In this document: in pieces, positions 9,445 to 20,600 of the stretch | Layout of the letters: every line of letters begins with the position of its first letter | Position numbering within the stretch: the first letter of the stretch is position 1 | Source of the DNA: an uncultured Oscillospiraceae bacterium | GTDB taxonomy: Bacteria; Bacillota; Clostridia; Oscillospirales; Oscillospiraceae | Assembly (NCBI GenBank): GCA_964560245.1 | Contig: CAZLLC010000002.1 | Coordinates: forward strand, 1 to 48,627 | DNA length: 48,627 nucleotides | Direction of reading: 5' to 3' | Position numbers and translations under genes: made by a program | Notes under the pieces: model-generated | What the model was told of the DNA's origin: nothing | The model's database searches: none | The model's input: the letters and a program-made list of their open reading frames with translations, nothing else

Positions 9445-11715
9445 ATGCAAGTGAAAAAGAATGGGTTGGTAAGGGTTTTAGCGCTGGCTATGGCTGTGTG
9501 CTGCTTGCTGCCGGCAATGCCGGCATCCGCAGAACGGCAGACCCTCACCATCTCCGATAATTTTGACAACGCCAGCATCATAGGCGGCTATGATATGGAG
9601 GTTTGGAGTGCGATCTCCTCCTCTGATCAGGTGTTTGTGGCGCAGCAGCTTACAGAACCCGATAAGGTGCTGCAGTTCAGAGGACAAGGCGCCAACGGTG
9701 AAAATACTGTCCTCATATCCAAGGAATGGTACTGGGAGGTCCACTGCCTCAGCTTTGATATGAAGGTCCCCACCACGGGAAGCTGGTTTGGTTTGGATTT
9801 TCCGGACATCTTAGAGCCTATAGAATACTTAGGTGATAACAAGGATTTGGGAAAGCCTATGTGCTATGGCTCATATAAGGCAAGCGCCAGTGATGATTTC
9901 GGCTTTGCCGACACCGACTGGACCTACTGGGGCTTTGGCAGCAAGTCTGTTGCCGGCCAGTGGGTCAGTGTGAAGATCGTTCCTAAAAACGAGAAAACTG
10001 CAACCCTGTATATGGCGCCCAAGGGGCAGGCCTTCAACACGGGAAAGGGCAAGGAGATCACCCTGTCTGAGGGTCGGTCCTTCCATAACTGTAATATTGT
10101 ATTTACAGACTATGCCTTTAGCGGCTATATGCTGGACAACATCGTGATCGAAACCGATACAGGTACATATACCGAGGATTTTGATGATGAATCCGACGAT
10201 CTGTTTGACCTGATCACATTTGTTTCTAATGCGCAGAATTTCTCTACCCAGGTGGTGGAGGACGGCGCAGTGCGCAGTATGTGTATCAGTAATGCGGTTC
10301 AAAGCGACCGGCTGATCACCAACGATGAGATCGAACAGGAGGACGAGAATCTGAAGGATGATGAGCAGGTACTCAGCGCATCCTTCCAGTTGGATATGTC
10401 CGGCGCGCAGCCGGAGCAGGAGCTGGCTTATGTGTTTGGTCTTGAAACGAAGCAGACCGATCCGTTTGTCAACACCTGGGCTTTTGTAATGAACCGGGAA
10501 AGTGGGCGGCTGGTTCACTTTGAAGAGGACGGAACGGAAACTGTAATTGCACGGAGTAACTTCCGCTCCCGGATGGAGGGCAGTACCATTAGCCTGTCGG
10601 TGAAAAAGGACGGCTCTTTCACCGTAGCAGAAAACGGCAGACAACTGCTTTCCGGCACCGGTGTGACAAAATACAGCGGCTATACCGGCTTTGCTGCAAA
10701 GACGGATATTACAAGTGCTATGTATTTAGACGATGTGGTTATTACCAACGGCATTTACCACGTGATCACCACCAAATCCTACAGCGATGATTTTTCGGAA
10801 AACAGGCTGAGCACGGATGGCAATTCTGATCACTATTACAAGCAGGTGTCCGGATCGGTCAATGTTTCCGGCGGCGAGTTGGTCTACAGCGGTTGTCTGG
10901 ACGGCACGATCTTTGGACCGGCTTATGAGTATGAAACTTTTGAGCTGACCTTTGAACTGACCAGCATTCTGGGTACTGTTGATGAAAACGACAAACAAAA
11001 TGCAACCTACCTAAACAACTGGCTCGGCATCGATTTCGGCAGAAGAAGTGTCAACACCAGCGGATACGGCAGCTACGGTATGTTCCTGATCCGTGTCAGA
11101 CCCACCAATCTGGATGAAGAGTGGGAAACCACAAGCTGTACGCTCTATAAGAAAGAAAATGTCAGTCCGCTTAAAAGTGCGGAGATGATTCAAGTCGAGC
11201 CGATTCCGGCGTCCTATTTCAAGGATATCACCTACGATGAACAGGCCGTACAAAGAGAAGATATTTCTCCCGATGCGGCAGTCTGCTTCAAGCTGGTGGC
11301 CACCAAGGATCAAATGGAGCTTTATATGAAGCGGGCAGATCAGGAGGAATACACCCTATACAATATCCTGAAGGGCGCTGAGCCTTACGGTTATTTGGGT
11401 ATTACCTGTACCGGCTGGACCTACTGGACCATTGATAACTTTGCAATCAAGAATACAGCGGAGATCTACAATGAGGCGCCGGAAGTGATCATTGAAGAAC
11501 CGGAGCTTGTCAGTTACGAGGAACGAGGTCTGGGAATTGAAGATACCGGCTGGGATGAGGAAGTGGCGATCAATGCCAGCTATGTTCCCGGTCCGGCGCC
11601 TGTGAACTGGGTTTTGATCGGCATTGTTGTCGCGGCAGTAGTTTTAGCTGCGGTGATTGCTGTAGCTGTTGTTTTGAGCAAGCGTAAGAAAAAGGAGGCA
11701 GGAGAAGTAAAATGA
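9445..11715 (+). CDS. Secreted, C-terminally membrane-anchored beta-rich protein with a diverged copy of the locus repeat module
   Basis: Signal peptide ending PASA; C-terminal TM helix followed by KRKKKE; no LPxTG; LISKEWY..LSFDMKVP..WFGLDF..YMLDNIVI..TEDF resembles the repeat module; SD GAAAGGAG. Confidence 0.75.
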   Translation: MQVKKNGLVRVLALAMAVCCLLPAMPASAERQTLTISDNFDNASIIGGYDMEVWSAISSSDQVFVAQQLTEPDKVLQFRGQGANGENTVLISKEWYWEVHCLSFDMKVPTTGSWFGLDFPDILEPIEYLGDNKDLGKPMCYGSYKASASDDFGFADTDWTYWGFGSKSVAGQWVSVKIVPKNEKTATLYMAPKGQAFNTGKGKEITLSEGRSFHNCNIVFTDYAFSGYMLDNIVIETDTGTYTEDFDDESDDLFDLITFVSNAQNFSTQVVEDGAVRSMCISNAVQSDRLITNDEIEQEDENLKDDEQVLSASFQLDMSGAQPEQELAYVFGLETKQTDPFVNTWAFVMNRESGRLVHFEEDGTETVIARSNFRSRMEGSTISLSVKKDGSFTVAENGRQLLSGTGVTKYSGYTGFAAKTDITSAMYLDDVVITNGIYHVITTKSYSDDFSENRLSTDGNSDHYYKQVSGSVNVSGGELVYSGCLDGTIFGPAYEYETFELTFELTSILGTVDENDKQNATYLNNWLGIDFGRRSVNTSGYGSYGMFLIRVRPTNLDEEWETTSCTLYKKENVSPLKSAEMIQVEPIPASYFKDITYDEQAVQREDISPDAAVCFKLVATKDQMELYMKRADQEEYTLYNILKGAEPYGYLGITCTGWTYWTIDNFAIKNTAEIYNEAPEVIIEEPELVSYEERGLGIEDTGWDEEVAINASYVPGPAPVNWVLIGIVVAAVVLAAVIAVAVVLSKRKKKEAGEVK

Positions 11716-13175
11716 AGAAAATAAAATGTCTGATAAGCATACTGATCCTGCTTGGTATCCTGCTGGCAGGCTGTGGCACAGCGAAAAAGGCGGTTGAACC
11801 CACCTTTCCCGAAAGCGACGGTGTGGATTTTACAGCCTATTCTGCGCCTACAATAAACAGAAAAGTCAGCGATAAGCTGGATGATGCTTACAGAAAGCTT
11901 AGCGAAGCAGGCTTTACAAAGGCAATTGCCTTGCACGAGGGCAACTCCAACGCCACCGGCGAGGATGTTTTCGAAACCATTGCCCTGCGCAGCGAGGAAG
12001 CAGAGCAGACCGCTCTGACGGTATTGGATATTGCCCAAAAATACGGTGTCAAGTACTATGTCCGTGACTGGTCCTTCTACGGTTTGGGTCGCAACTTCGA
12101 GGACTCCCTTACCACAAAGGAGGATTTTGAAAAGGTCATTTCCAAGATGTTTGATGAAAACAACGAGTACATCGACCATCCGGCATACGGCGGTAACTTT
12201 GGCTTTGATGAGCCTAATGTGCAGGAGATCGATACCATCGCCTGGCAGGTGGAGCTGTACAATAAGTACATCCAGCAAAACAGTGATGTGGGCGGCGAGA
12301 TCTTTATCAATCTGAATCCCGGCTATGTGGCGGATAACTCCAAAACCCTGTCGGAGAATATGGACTATACCTACCGGGAGTATGTGCAATACTTCGTTGA
12401 TAATGTGGCTCCTTTACTGGGATATGTGTGCTGGGACTTTTATCCGTTTATGTCCAATGGCAGTGAGTACTATATTCGGGATATCTATTATTACAATATG
12501 GAGCTGGTTGCTCAGATGGCGAAAGAGCACGGCTATGAGGTCCGCACCTTTGTTCAGTCAAGAGGCGATTGGACCGGTATGAGAAACTTAGATAATATTG
12601 GAGACCTGCGGTTTGAGATCTATTCCGGTATGGCTTTTGGTATTCGGGAATTTATCTACTATACATACAGCGGCAGTGTCAATGAGACCAACTATACAGA
12701 TGATAACGGCTATGCGCTGTACGATATTCAAACAGATACCTACACCTGGATATATGATGCAGCCAAGCAGGTAAACAACGAGATCCACGCTATGGAGGAT
12801 GCCTATATGGCATACGATTGGGACGGCATTATGTTTATGAATGCCAATGAAATGGTGGATAACCAGTTGCTTGCCAACCTGACATCTCCTCTTCAGTCCC
12901 ACGAGCGGATGGAGATCCTGTCCTGCACCCAGGATATGATGGCAGGTGTATTTACCGCCAGGGAAGAAAGCAATTCCGCCAAGGATGCCTTTATGATCGT
13001 CAATGTAGCTGACCCGCTGGAGAAGCTGGATAATCAGGTCACCGTAAAGTTTTCCGATGCTACACACCTTCTGATGTACCGGTTTGGGGAAAAGAAGATC
13101 GTAGAGCTTCCTTCCGACGGCGTTTATACCTTCCAGCTGGAGCCCGGCGAAGGCCGCTTTGTAATTCCGTTTTAA
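11712..13175 (+). CDS. Lipoprotein, putative TIM-barrel glycoside hydrolase of unassigned family
   Basis: Lipobox LLAGC; FGFDEP, VCWDFYPF, FEIYSGMAFGIREFIYY and terminal LEPGEGRF; homologous to the C-terminal domain of 21992..28549. Confidence 0.7.
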   Translation: MKKIKCLISILILLGILLAGCGTAKKAVEPTFPESDGVDFTAYSAPTINRKVSDKLDDAYRKLSEAGFTKAIALHEGNSNATGEDVFETIALRSEEAEQTALTVLDIAQKYGVKYYVRDWSFYGLGRNFEDSLTTKEDFEKVISKMFDENNEYIDHPAYGGNFGFDEPNVQEIDTIAWQVELYNKYIQQNSDVGGEIFINLNPGYVADNSKTLSENMDYTYREYVQYFVDNVAPLLGYVCWDFYPFMSNGSEYYIRDIYYYNMELVAQMAKEHGYEVRTFVQSRGDWTGMRNLDNIGDLRFEIYSGMAFGIREFIYYTYSGSVNETNYTDDNGYALYDIQTDTYTWIYDAAKQVNNEIHAMEDAYMAYDWDGIMFMNANEMVDNQLLANLTSPLQSHERMEILSCTQDMMAGVFTAREESNSAKDAFMIVNVADPLEKLDNQVTVKFSDATHLLMYRFGEKKIVELPSDGVYTFQLEPGEGRFVIPF

Positions 13176-13202
13176 CCACCCAACGAAAGGAGAAACTTCA
13201 TT

Positions 13203-14627
13203 ATGAAAAAAGCAATTCTCAAAATTCTGTGCTGTATGTTGGCAATTGCGCTGATGCTTTCAATGACAGCCTGCGGCGCAGACGGTAATGATGAAAGCAC
13301 CGATGGCAGACGGATCCTCAAGTGGGAGGTTCTGAAAGCAGGCTACGGTAATATTCCCTATGAAAAGGTTGCTGAGGCTTTTATGGCAGAGCATCCTGAT
13401 GTGCTGGTGAAGATCGTGTTTAACCCCAGCATTACGGCTACCACAGCTTCCCGCCTGGAAAGCAACACCAATCTGGCGGATATCTACAGCTATAAGAGTA
13501 TGTCTTCCATCCAGCGTTGGGCAATTGAAGGCTGGGTTGAGCCTCTGGATGATGTGTATAATGCGCAGCTTTCCACCGGCAAGACCGTTGCTGAGAGTAT
13601 GACCGGCAATACCCAGGAAGTGTGCAGCTACAACGGTACGCCCTATGCCATTCCTGAGTACCAATCCGTCAGCGGTGTGGTGTATAACAAGAGCCTGTTT
13701 GACCAGTACGGTTGGGAGGTTCCCAAGACCACCGCGGAACTGGAAGCACTGTGTAATCGGATTTTGAAGGATTCGGACGGTGCGGTAGCACCCATTGTCT
13801 ATTGTGGCGGCGCTGCAGACGGCTATCTGTATACCGCTGTGGATAACTGGGTCTATTCCTACGAGGGCATCAGCAGCCTGGACAGCTTCTACGCCCTTGA
13901 AAGCCCTGAGGTTTTCAACCCTGCCATCTACAAGGGCAAAATGTACGCCCTGCAGAATCTGGTGAAGTTCTTCTACGACGAAGGCAATTACACCATGGCA
14001 GGCAGTGTGGGTATGAACCACATTGTGGCGCAGACCAAGCTGATTCAGGGTCAGGCAGCTATGATGATTAACGGTGCCTGGTTCGAAAATGAGATGGTTG
14101 AGGTTTTGAATCAAAATCCGGATGTGGAAATGGGTATGTTCCCCCTGCCTGAGATGAGCGATCCTGCCGGCAATGTACTGCACTCCGACAACTATTCCAC
14201 AGAAGACGGCAAGCAGGTGATCCAGTCCGGTTTCGGTTCCAACTACTTCATTCCTGCCAATGCGGCAAATAAGGAAGATGCAAAGGAATTCCTGCGCTTC
14301 CTGAGTGAGCCGGAGATCTGCGCAATGTATACCCGATATACAAACTCCATTCGTCCTTTTGATTATGAGCTGTCTCCGGATGCGGAAATTTACGCAGATA
14401 TGAGCTTCTTTGGCAAGAGCGTTCTGAATATGGCAAGCGAAAACTATCTGTATGTTGCCAATGGAAACAGCCCCATTACACTTAAGGGCTTGACCGGTTT
14501 CTGGGCCCGCGGCAGCACGCCTTTCGTAAAGATCCGCGACGGTGTGGAAACCATCAATGAGGCACTTCAGAACGACTATGACTACGCCCTGAACAATTGG
14601 GACAGTTGGCTTGAACTGGTAGAGTAA
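13203..14627 (+). CDS. Sugar ABC transporter substrate-binding lipoprotein
   Basis: Lipobox MTAC; YNKSLFDQYGWEVPKTTAEL, GQAAMMINGAW, AKEFLRFL. Confidence 0.92.
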   Translation: MKKAILKILCCMLAIALMLSMTACGADGNDESTDGRRILKWEVLKAGYGNIPYEKVAEAFMAEHPDVLVKIVFNPSITATTASRLESNTNLADIYSYKSMSSIQRWAIEGWVEPLDDVYNAQLSTGKTVAESMTGNTQEVCSYNGTPYAIPEYQSVSGVVYNKSLFDQYGWEVPKTTAELEALCNRILKDSDGAVAPIVYCGGAADGYLYTAVDNWVYSYEGISSLDSFYALESPEVFNPAIYKGKMYALQNLVKFFYDEGNYTMAGSVGMNHIVAQTKLIQGQAAMMINGAWFENEMVEVLNQNPDVEMGMFPLPEMSDPAGNVLHSDNYSTEDGKQVIQSGFGSNYFIPANAANKEDAKEFLRFLSEPEICAMYTRYTNSIRPFDYELSPDAEIYADMSFFGKSVLNMASENYLYVANGNSPITLKGLTGFWARGSTPFVKIRDGVETINEALQNDYDYALNNWDSWLELVE

Positions 14628-14648
14628 TAAGAAAGACAGGTGTAACAG

Positions 14649-17600
14649 ATGAGAAGAAAACTTATTTGTTTGGTTCTGCTCATCCTGATCCTGAGTCTGG
14701 TTGGATGCGGAAACATCCATATAGGTGGACATAATTACGGCGAATGGCAGGTTGTGAATGAAGCAACCTGTACAGAAGACGGTCTGCAGGAGCGCGTTTG
14801 CTCCTGCGGCGATAAGGAGACAGAGGCTATTCCGGCGCTCGGTCACGAGATCGTGGCGATGGAGGGGAAAGCGGCGACCTGCACGAAGGACGGCGCTGCC
14901 GAGGGAAGCCGCTGCTCCCGCTGTAAGCAGGTACTTCAGGAACAGCAGGTGATCCCTGCCGGCCACACGGAAGTGGTCATTCCGGGAATCGCACCCACCT
15001 GTACCAGAGCGGGTAAGGAGGATGGCTCCTTTTGCAGTGTGTGCGGTGAGATCGTCCTTCATCAGAAGAAGATCCGTCACGGGGGTCACGATTATGTTAA
15101 TGGCGTATGCACCAAGTGCAGCAAGCTTCAGCCAGATATGGCAGCTGCCATTGTGATTGATCAGATCAACGAAAAAGGAACACCCAGCTTCTATACAAAG
15201 CGGCCATACCCCGCTGGCAGTACAGTCACCTTCCAGGTCTATGTACCTGAGGGGGCATCCTGGTGGGCAGTGTCCTGGACAAGAAATGCTGCCGATGCAG
15301 GTATTTACAACTGGGTCAAGGGCGACGGTGTTCGTATGAACCTTGAGGCTGGTCAGTGGCAGTATTGCACAGTGACATTGCCGGATGATGGCGGTAAATA
15401 CTACATTTATATCGTCGGAGCCAAGGGCGAGTGGGGCGGCAAAGCGCTGCTTATTGACGATGTGACCATTACTTCTCCTGACGGAGAAGTGCTGGGGACA
15501 GATCAGTTTACAACCGATGTGGCTGACGGTCTGTTCAATGCGGTCAAGTCAAACGCCACCAGCGGCAAGACTGTGGTATATTCCGAGGAGGTCTGTGCCG
15601 GTCACTGGAGCAAAACAGATGAAGCTGTAGCGGAAACCTGTGATCAGGCAGGCAAGACCGAGGGCAGCCATTGCGGCAACTGTGGCAAGATCCTGAAGAT
15701 TCAGGAGGAGATTCCTGCTACAGGACATAAGTGGGACGGTGAAAATTGTTCCGTTTGTGGCAAGATCAAAGAAAATCTGGTAGCAACCATTGCTATTGAT
15801 ATGCTCAATGAGAGCGCGCCTATGAACTTTATCACCAAGCAGGCCTATGCAGGCGGCAGCACCGTCACCTTCAAGGCCTATGTTCCCTATGGAGCAAATT
15901 GGTGGGCTGTCAGCTGGACGACAGATCCGGCGGATGTCAGTCTGTATAAGTGGAACAAGGATTCCGGTGCCTATGGACAGCAGATGATATCTGTTTTCGG
16001 TCAGTGGGCGGAGTACAGCGTGACCTTGCCGGAGGGCGGTCCTTACTATGTGTACTTTGTCGGTGAGAAGGGCAACTGGAATGGCAAGGAATTGCAAATC
16101 GATGATTTGCTCATCACGGATAGTGACGGAGCGGTTCTTGCTCAGGAAGATTTTGATAATGGCGTAAATAACAGCATTTTTAATGTGATCACCTTAAACC
16201 CCACCAATAACACTGTGGTTGTTGGTGAAAAGGTAATGGAAGAGCTCTGCAAAAACGGACATACTGCTGTAATCGACCCGGCTGTAGAACCCACTTGTAC
16301 CCAGCCTGGTCTGACCAAGGGCAAGCACTGCTCTGTGTGCGGTCTTGTTTTGGTGGAGCAGCAGGAAATTCCCGCTACAGGTCACAGCTACGGTTCTGAT
16401 GACAAGTGTGCTTGCGGCGCTGTACGGGCAAACCGGTCTGTGGCCATCAATGTAGATCTGCTTTCTGATGAAAAGAATATGAACTTCATTACAAGAACTG
16501 CCTATGAAGGCGGCACCACTTTGGTATTGAGAGCATTTGTGCCGGAGGGTGTTTCCTGGTGGGCAGTGAACTGGACCACCGATCCTGCCAATGTAGGTCT
16601 GTACAAGGCAGGCGCGGGCTTGGGACAGTATATGAGTTCTCAGAAAGGTCAGTGGGCGGATTACTTCGTAACACTGCCCAATGACGGCAACAGCTACTAT
16701 TTCTACATCGTCGGCGCTAAGGGCGAGTGGAATGAACAGGAACTGCTGATTGACGATGTGATTCTGGTAGATAAGCTGGGTAAGACCGTAGCTGAAGACA
16801 GCTTCGACGACGGTATGCACAGCGGCATCTTTAAGGTTACGGAAAAGGATTCCAACAATCGGGTAGTTGTTCGTGAAGCTGTTGAGGCAGATTGTCTGCA
16901 TACCCATAAGAAACAGGAAACCGGTGTAACACCTGATTGCACCAACGCCGGTTCTTTGGGCGCTTCTACCTGTAAGGACTGCGGCACTGTCCTGCACGGA
17001 GAAATTCCGTTGCCGGCAGTGGGTCACCAGTGGGTCAACGGCGAATGCACTGTCTGCCACGAGCAGCAGACTGCTGAAAACCATGTGGCTGCGATCTATA
17101 TCGACAACATCACCGAGGAAACAGCCAGCTTTATCACAAAAGAAGCCTATGCAGGCGGTACAACTGTCAGCTTCAAGGCTTATGTGCCCAACAAGACAAA
17201 TTGGTGGTCTGTAAACTGGACAACCGATCCTGCCAATGTAGGGTTGTACAAAGCAAACGCAGGCTTGGGACAGTATATGACTTCCCAAAAGGGTCAATGG
17301 GCAGATTACTCTGTGACCCTGCCTGATGACGGCAACAGCTACTACATCTATATTGTAGGTGCCAAGGGCGAGTGGAACGGCAAGGCATTGCTGATTGACG
17401 ATGTAACCATCGGTACTGCAACTGAAGACTTTGAAAAGGGTCTTGACGATTGCTTGTTTGATGTGATCAAGGTTCATGGCGCAAACACCATCGTTCAGTG
17501 GCAGGTTGCGGCAACCGACCGTGATCCCTGCGCGGATGGACATACGGTTGTGACCGATCCGGCAGCAGAGCCCAGTTGCACCTTGCCCGGTCTGACTGAG

Positions 17601-20600
17601 GGCAGCCACTGCTCCGTATGTGAGCTTGTGCTGGTAGCCCAGGAGGAGATTCCTGCTACCGGTCATAGCTACGGTTCTGACGGCAAATGTGAATGCGGCG
17701 CTACAAGAGCAAACCGCAGTGTTGCTATCAATGTAGACCTGATCTCTGATGCTGACTATATGAACGTCATCACAAGAACTGCCTATGAAGGCGGCACCAC
17801 TTTGGTATTGAGAGCATTTGTGCCGGAGGGTGTTTCCTGGTGGGCAGTGAACTGGACCACCGATCCTGCCAATGTAGGTCTGTACAAGGCAGGCGCGGGC
17901 TTGGGACAGTATATGAGTTCTCAGAAAGGTCAGTGGGCGGATTACTTCGTAACACTGCCCAATGACGGCAACAGCTACTATTTCTACATCGTCGGCGCTA
18001 AGGGCGAGTGGAATGAACAGGAACTGCTGATTGACGATGTGATTCTGGTAGATAAGCTGGGTAAGACCGTAGCTGAAGACAGCTTCGACGACGGTATGCA
18101 CAGCGGCATCTTTAAGGTTACGGAAAAGGATTCCAACAATCGGGTAGTTGTTCGTGAAGCTGTTGAGGCAGATTGTCTGCATACCCATAAGAAACAGGAA
18201 ACCGGTGTAACACCTGATTGCACCAACGCCGGTTCTTTGGGCGCTTCTACCTGTAAGGACTGCGGCACTGTCCTGCACGGAGAAATTCCGTTGCCGGCAG
18301 TGGGTCACCAGTGGGTCAACGGCGAATGCACTGTCTGCCACGAGCAGCAGACTGCTGAAAACCATGTGGCTGCGATCTATATCGACAACATCACCGAGGA
18401 AACAGCCAGCTTTATCACAAAAGAAGCCTATGCAGGCGGTACAACTGTCAGCTTCAAGGCTTATGTGCCCAACAAGACAAATTGGTGGTCTGTAAACTGG
18501 ACAACCGATCCTGCCAATGTAGGGTTGTACAAAGCAAACGCAGGCTTGGGACAGTATATGACTTCCCAAAAGGGTCAATGGGCAGATTACTCTGTGACCC
18601 TGCCTGATGACGGCAACAGCTACTACATCTATATTGTAGGTGCCAAGGGCGAGTGGAACGGCAAGGCATTGCTGATTGACGATGTAACCATCGGTACTGC
18701 AACTGAAGACTTTGAAAAGGGTCTTGACGATTGCTTGTTTGATGTGATCAAGGTTCATGGCGCAAACACCATCGTTCAGTGGCAGGTTGCGGCAACCGAC
18801 CGTGATCCCTGCGCGGATGGACATACGGTTGTGACCGATCCGGCAGCAGAGCCCAGTTGCACCTTGCCCGGTCTGACTGAGGGCAGCCACTGCTCCGTAT
18901 GTGAGCTTGTGCTGGTAGCCCAGGAGGAGATTCCTGCTACCGGTCATAGCTACGGTTCTGACGGCAAATGTGAATGCGGCGCTACAAGAGCAAACCGCAG
19001 TGTTGCTATCAATGTAGACCTGATCTCTGATGCTGACTATATGAACGTCATCACAAGAACTGCCTATGAAGGCGGCACCACTTTGGTATTGAGAGCATTT
19101 GTGCCGGAGGGTGTTTCCTGGTGGGCAGTGAACTGGACCACCGATCCTGCCAATGTAGGTCTGTACAAGGCAGGCGCGGGCTTGGGACAGTATATGAGTT
19201 CTCAGAAAGGTCAGTGGGCGGATTACTTCGTAACACTGCCCAATGACGGCAACAGCTACTATTTCTACATCGTCGGCGCTAAGGGCGAGTGGAATGAACA
19301 GGAACTGCTGATTGACGATGTGATTCTGGTAGATAAGCTGGGTAAGACCGTAGCTGAAGACAGCTTCGACGACGGTATGCACAGCGGCATCTTTAAGGTT
19401 ACGGAAAAGGATTCCAACAATCGGGTAGTTGTTCGTGAAGCTGTTGAGGCAGATTGTCTGCATACCCATAAGAAACAGGAAACCGGTGTAACACCTGATT
19501 GCACCAACGCCGGTTCTTTGGGCGCTTCTACCTGTAAGGACTGCGGCACTGTCCTGCACGGAGAAATTCCGTTGCCGGCAGTGGGTCACCAGTGGGTAGA
19601 CGGCGAATGCACTGTCTGCCACGAGCAGCAGAGTACCGAAAACCATGTGGCTGCGATCTATATCGATAATATCACCGAGGAAACAGCCAGCTTTATCACG
19701 AAGGAGGCCTATGCAGGCGGCAGTACCGTAAGCTTCCAGGCCTACGTACCCTCCGGTACCGGCTGGTGGGTGGTCTGTTGGACCACTGATCCTGCCAATG
19801 TTGGCTTGTACAAGTGGACAAGCGGTCTGGGACAGTCTATGAGTTCACAAAAAGACCAGTGGGCAGATTACTCTGTGACCCTGCCCGATAACGGCAACAG
19901 CTACTACATCTATATTGTAGGTGCCAAGGGCGAATGGAACGGAAACGCCCTGCTGATCGATAATGTGACCGTCGGCACGGCAACGGAGGACTTTGAAAAG
20001 GGTCTTGATGATTGCCTGTTCAATGTGGTAAAGGTTCACGGCGCAAACACTATTGTGCAGTGGGAAATTGCAGAGGTCTACATTCCGGAAGGTCCCTGTG
20101 AGAACGGACATACGGAGGTTATTGACCCGGCAGTGGAGCCCAGTTGTACTGAAAGCGGTCTGACTCAGGGCAGTCACTGCTCCGTGTGCGGTACTGTCAT
20201 TGTGGAACAGACTGTGGTAGAGGCTGCCGGACACCAGTGGGCAAACGGTGAATGCACTGTCTGCCATAAGCCTGAGGATACACCCGATAACCATGTGGCT
20301 GCAATTTATATCGACAACCTCACCGAGGAAAATGCCAGCTTTATCACCAAGGCAGCCTATGCAGGCGGCAGCGAGGTCAAGTTCCAGGCTTATGTGCCTT
20401 CCGGTACCGGCTGGTGGGCGGTCTGCTGGACCACTGATCCTGCCAATGTTGGCTTGTACAAGTGGACAAGCGGTCTGGGACAGTCTATGAGTTCACAAAA
20501 AGACCAGTGGGCAGAGTATTCTGTGACACTCCCCAATGACGGCAAGAGCTATTACATCTATATTGTAGGTGCCAAGGGCGAGTGGAACGGAAACGCCCTG

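Noticed and set aside
16194..19646. 1150-aa antisense ORF (also 13260-15089 and many shorter shadow ORFs)
   Set aside because: They lie opposite well-supported genes, have no recognisable motifs, and their length is explained by codon bias and the tandem repeat
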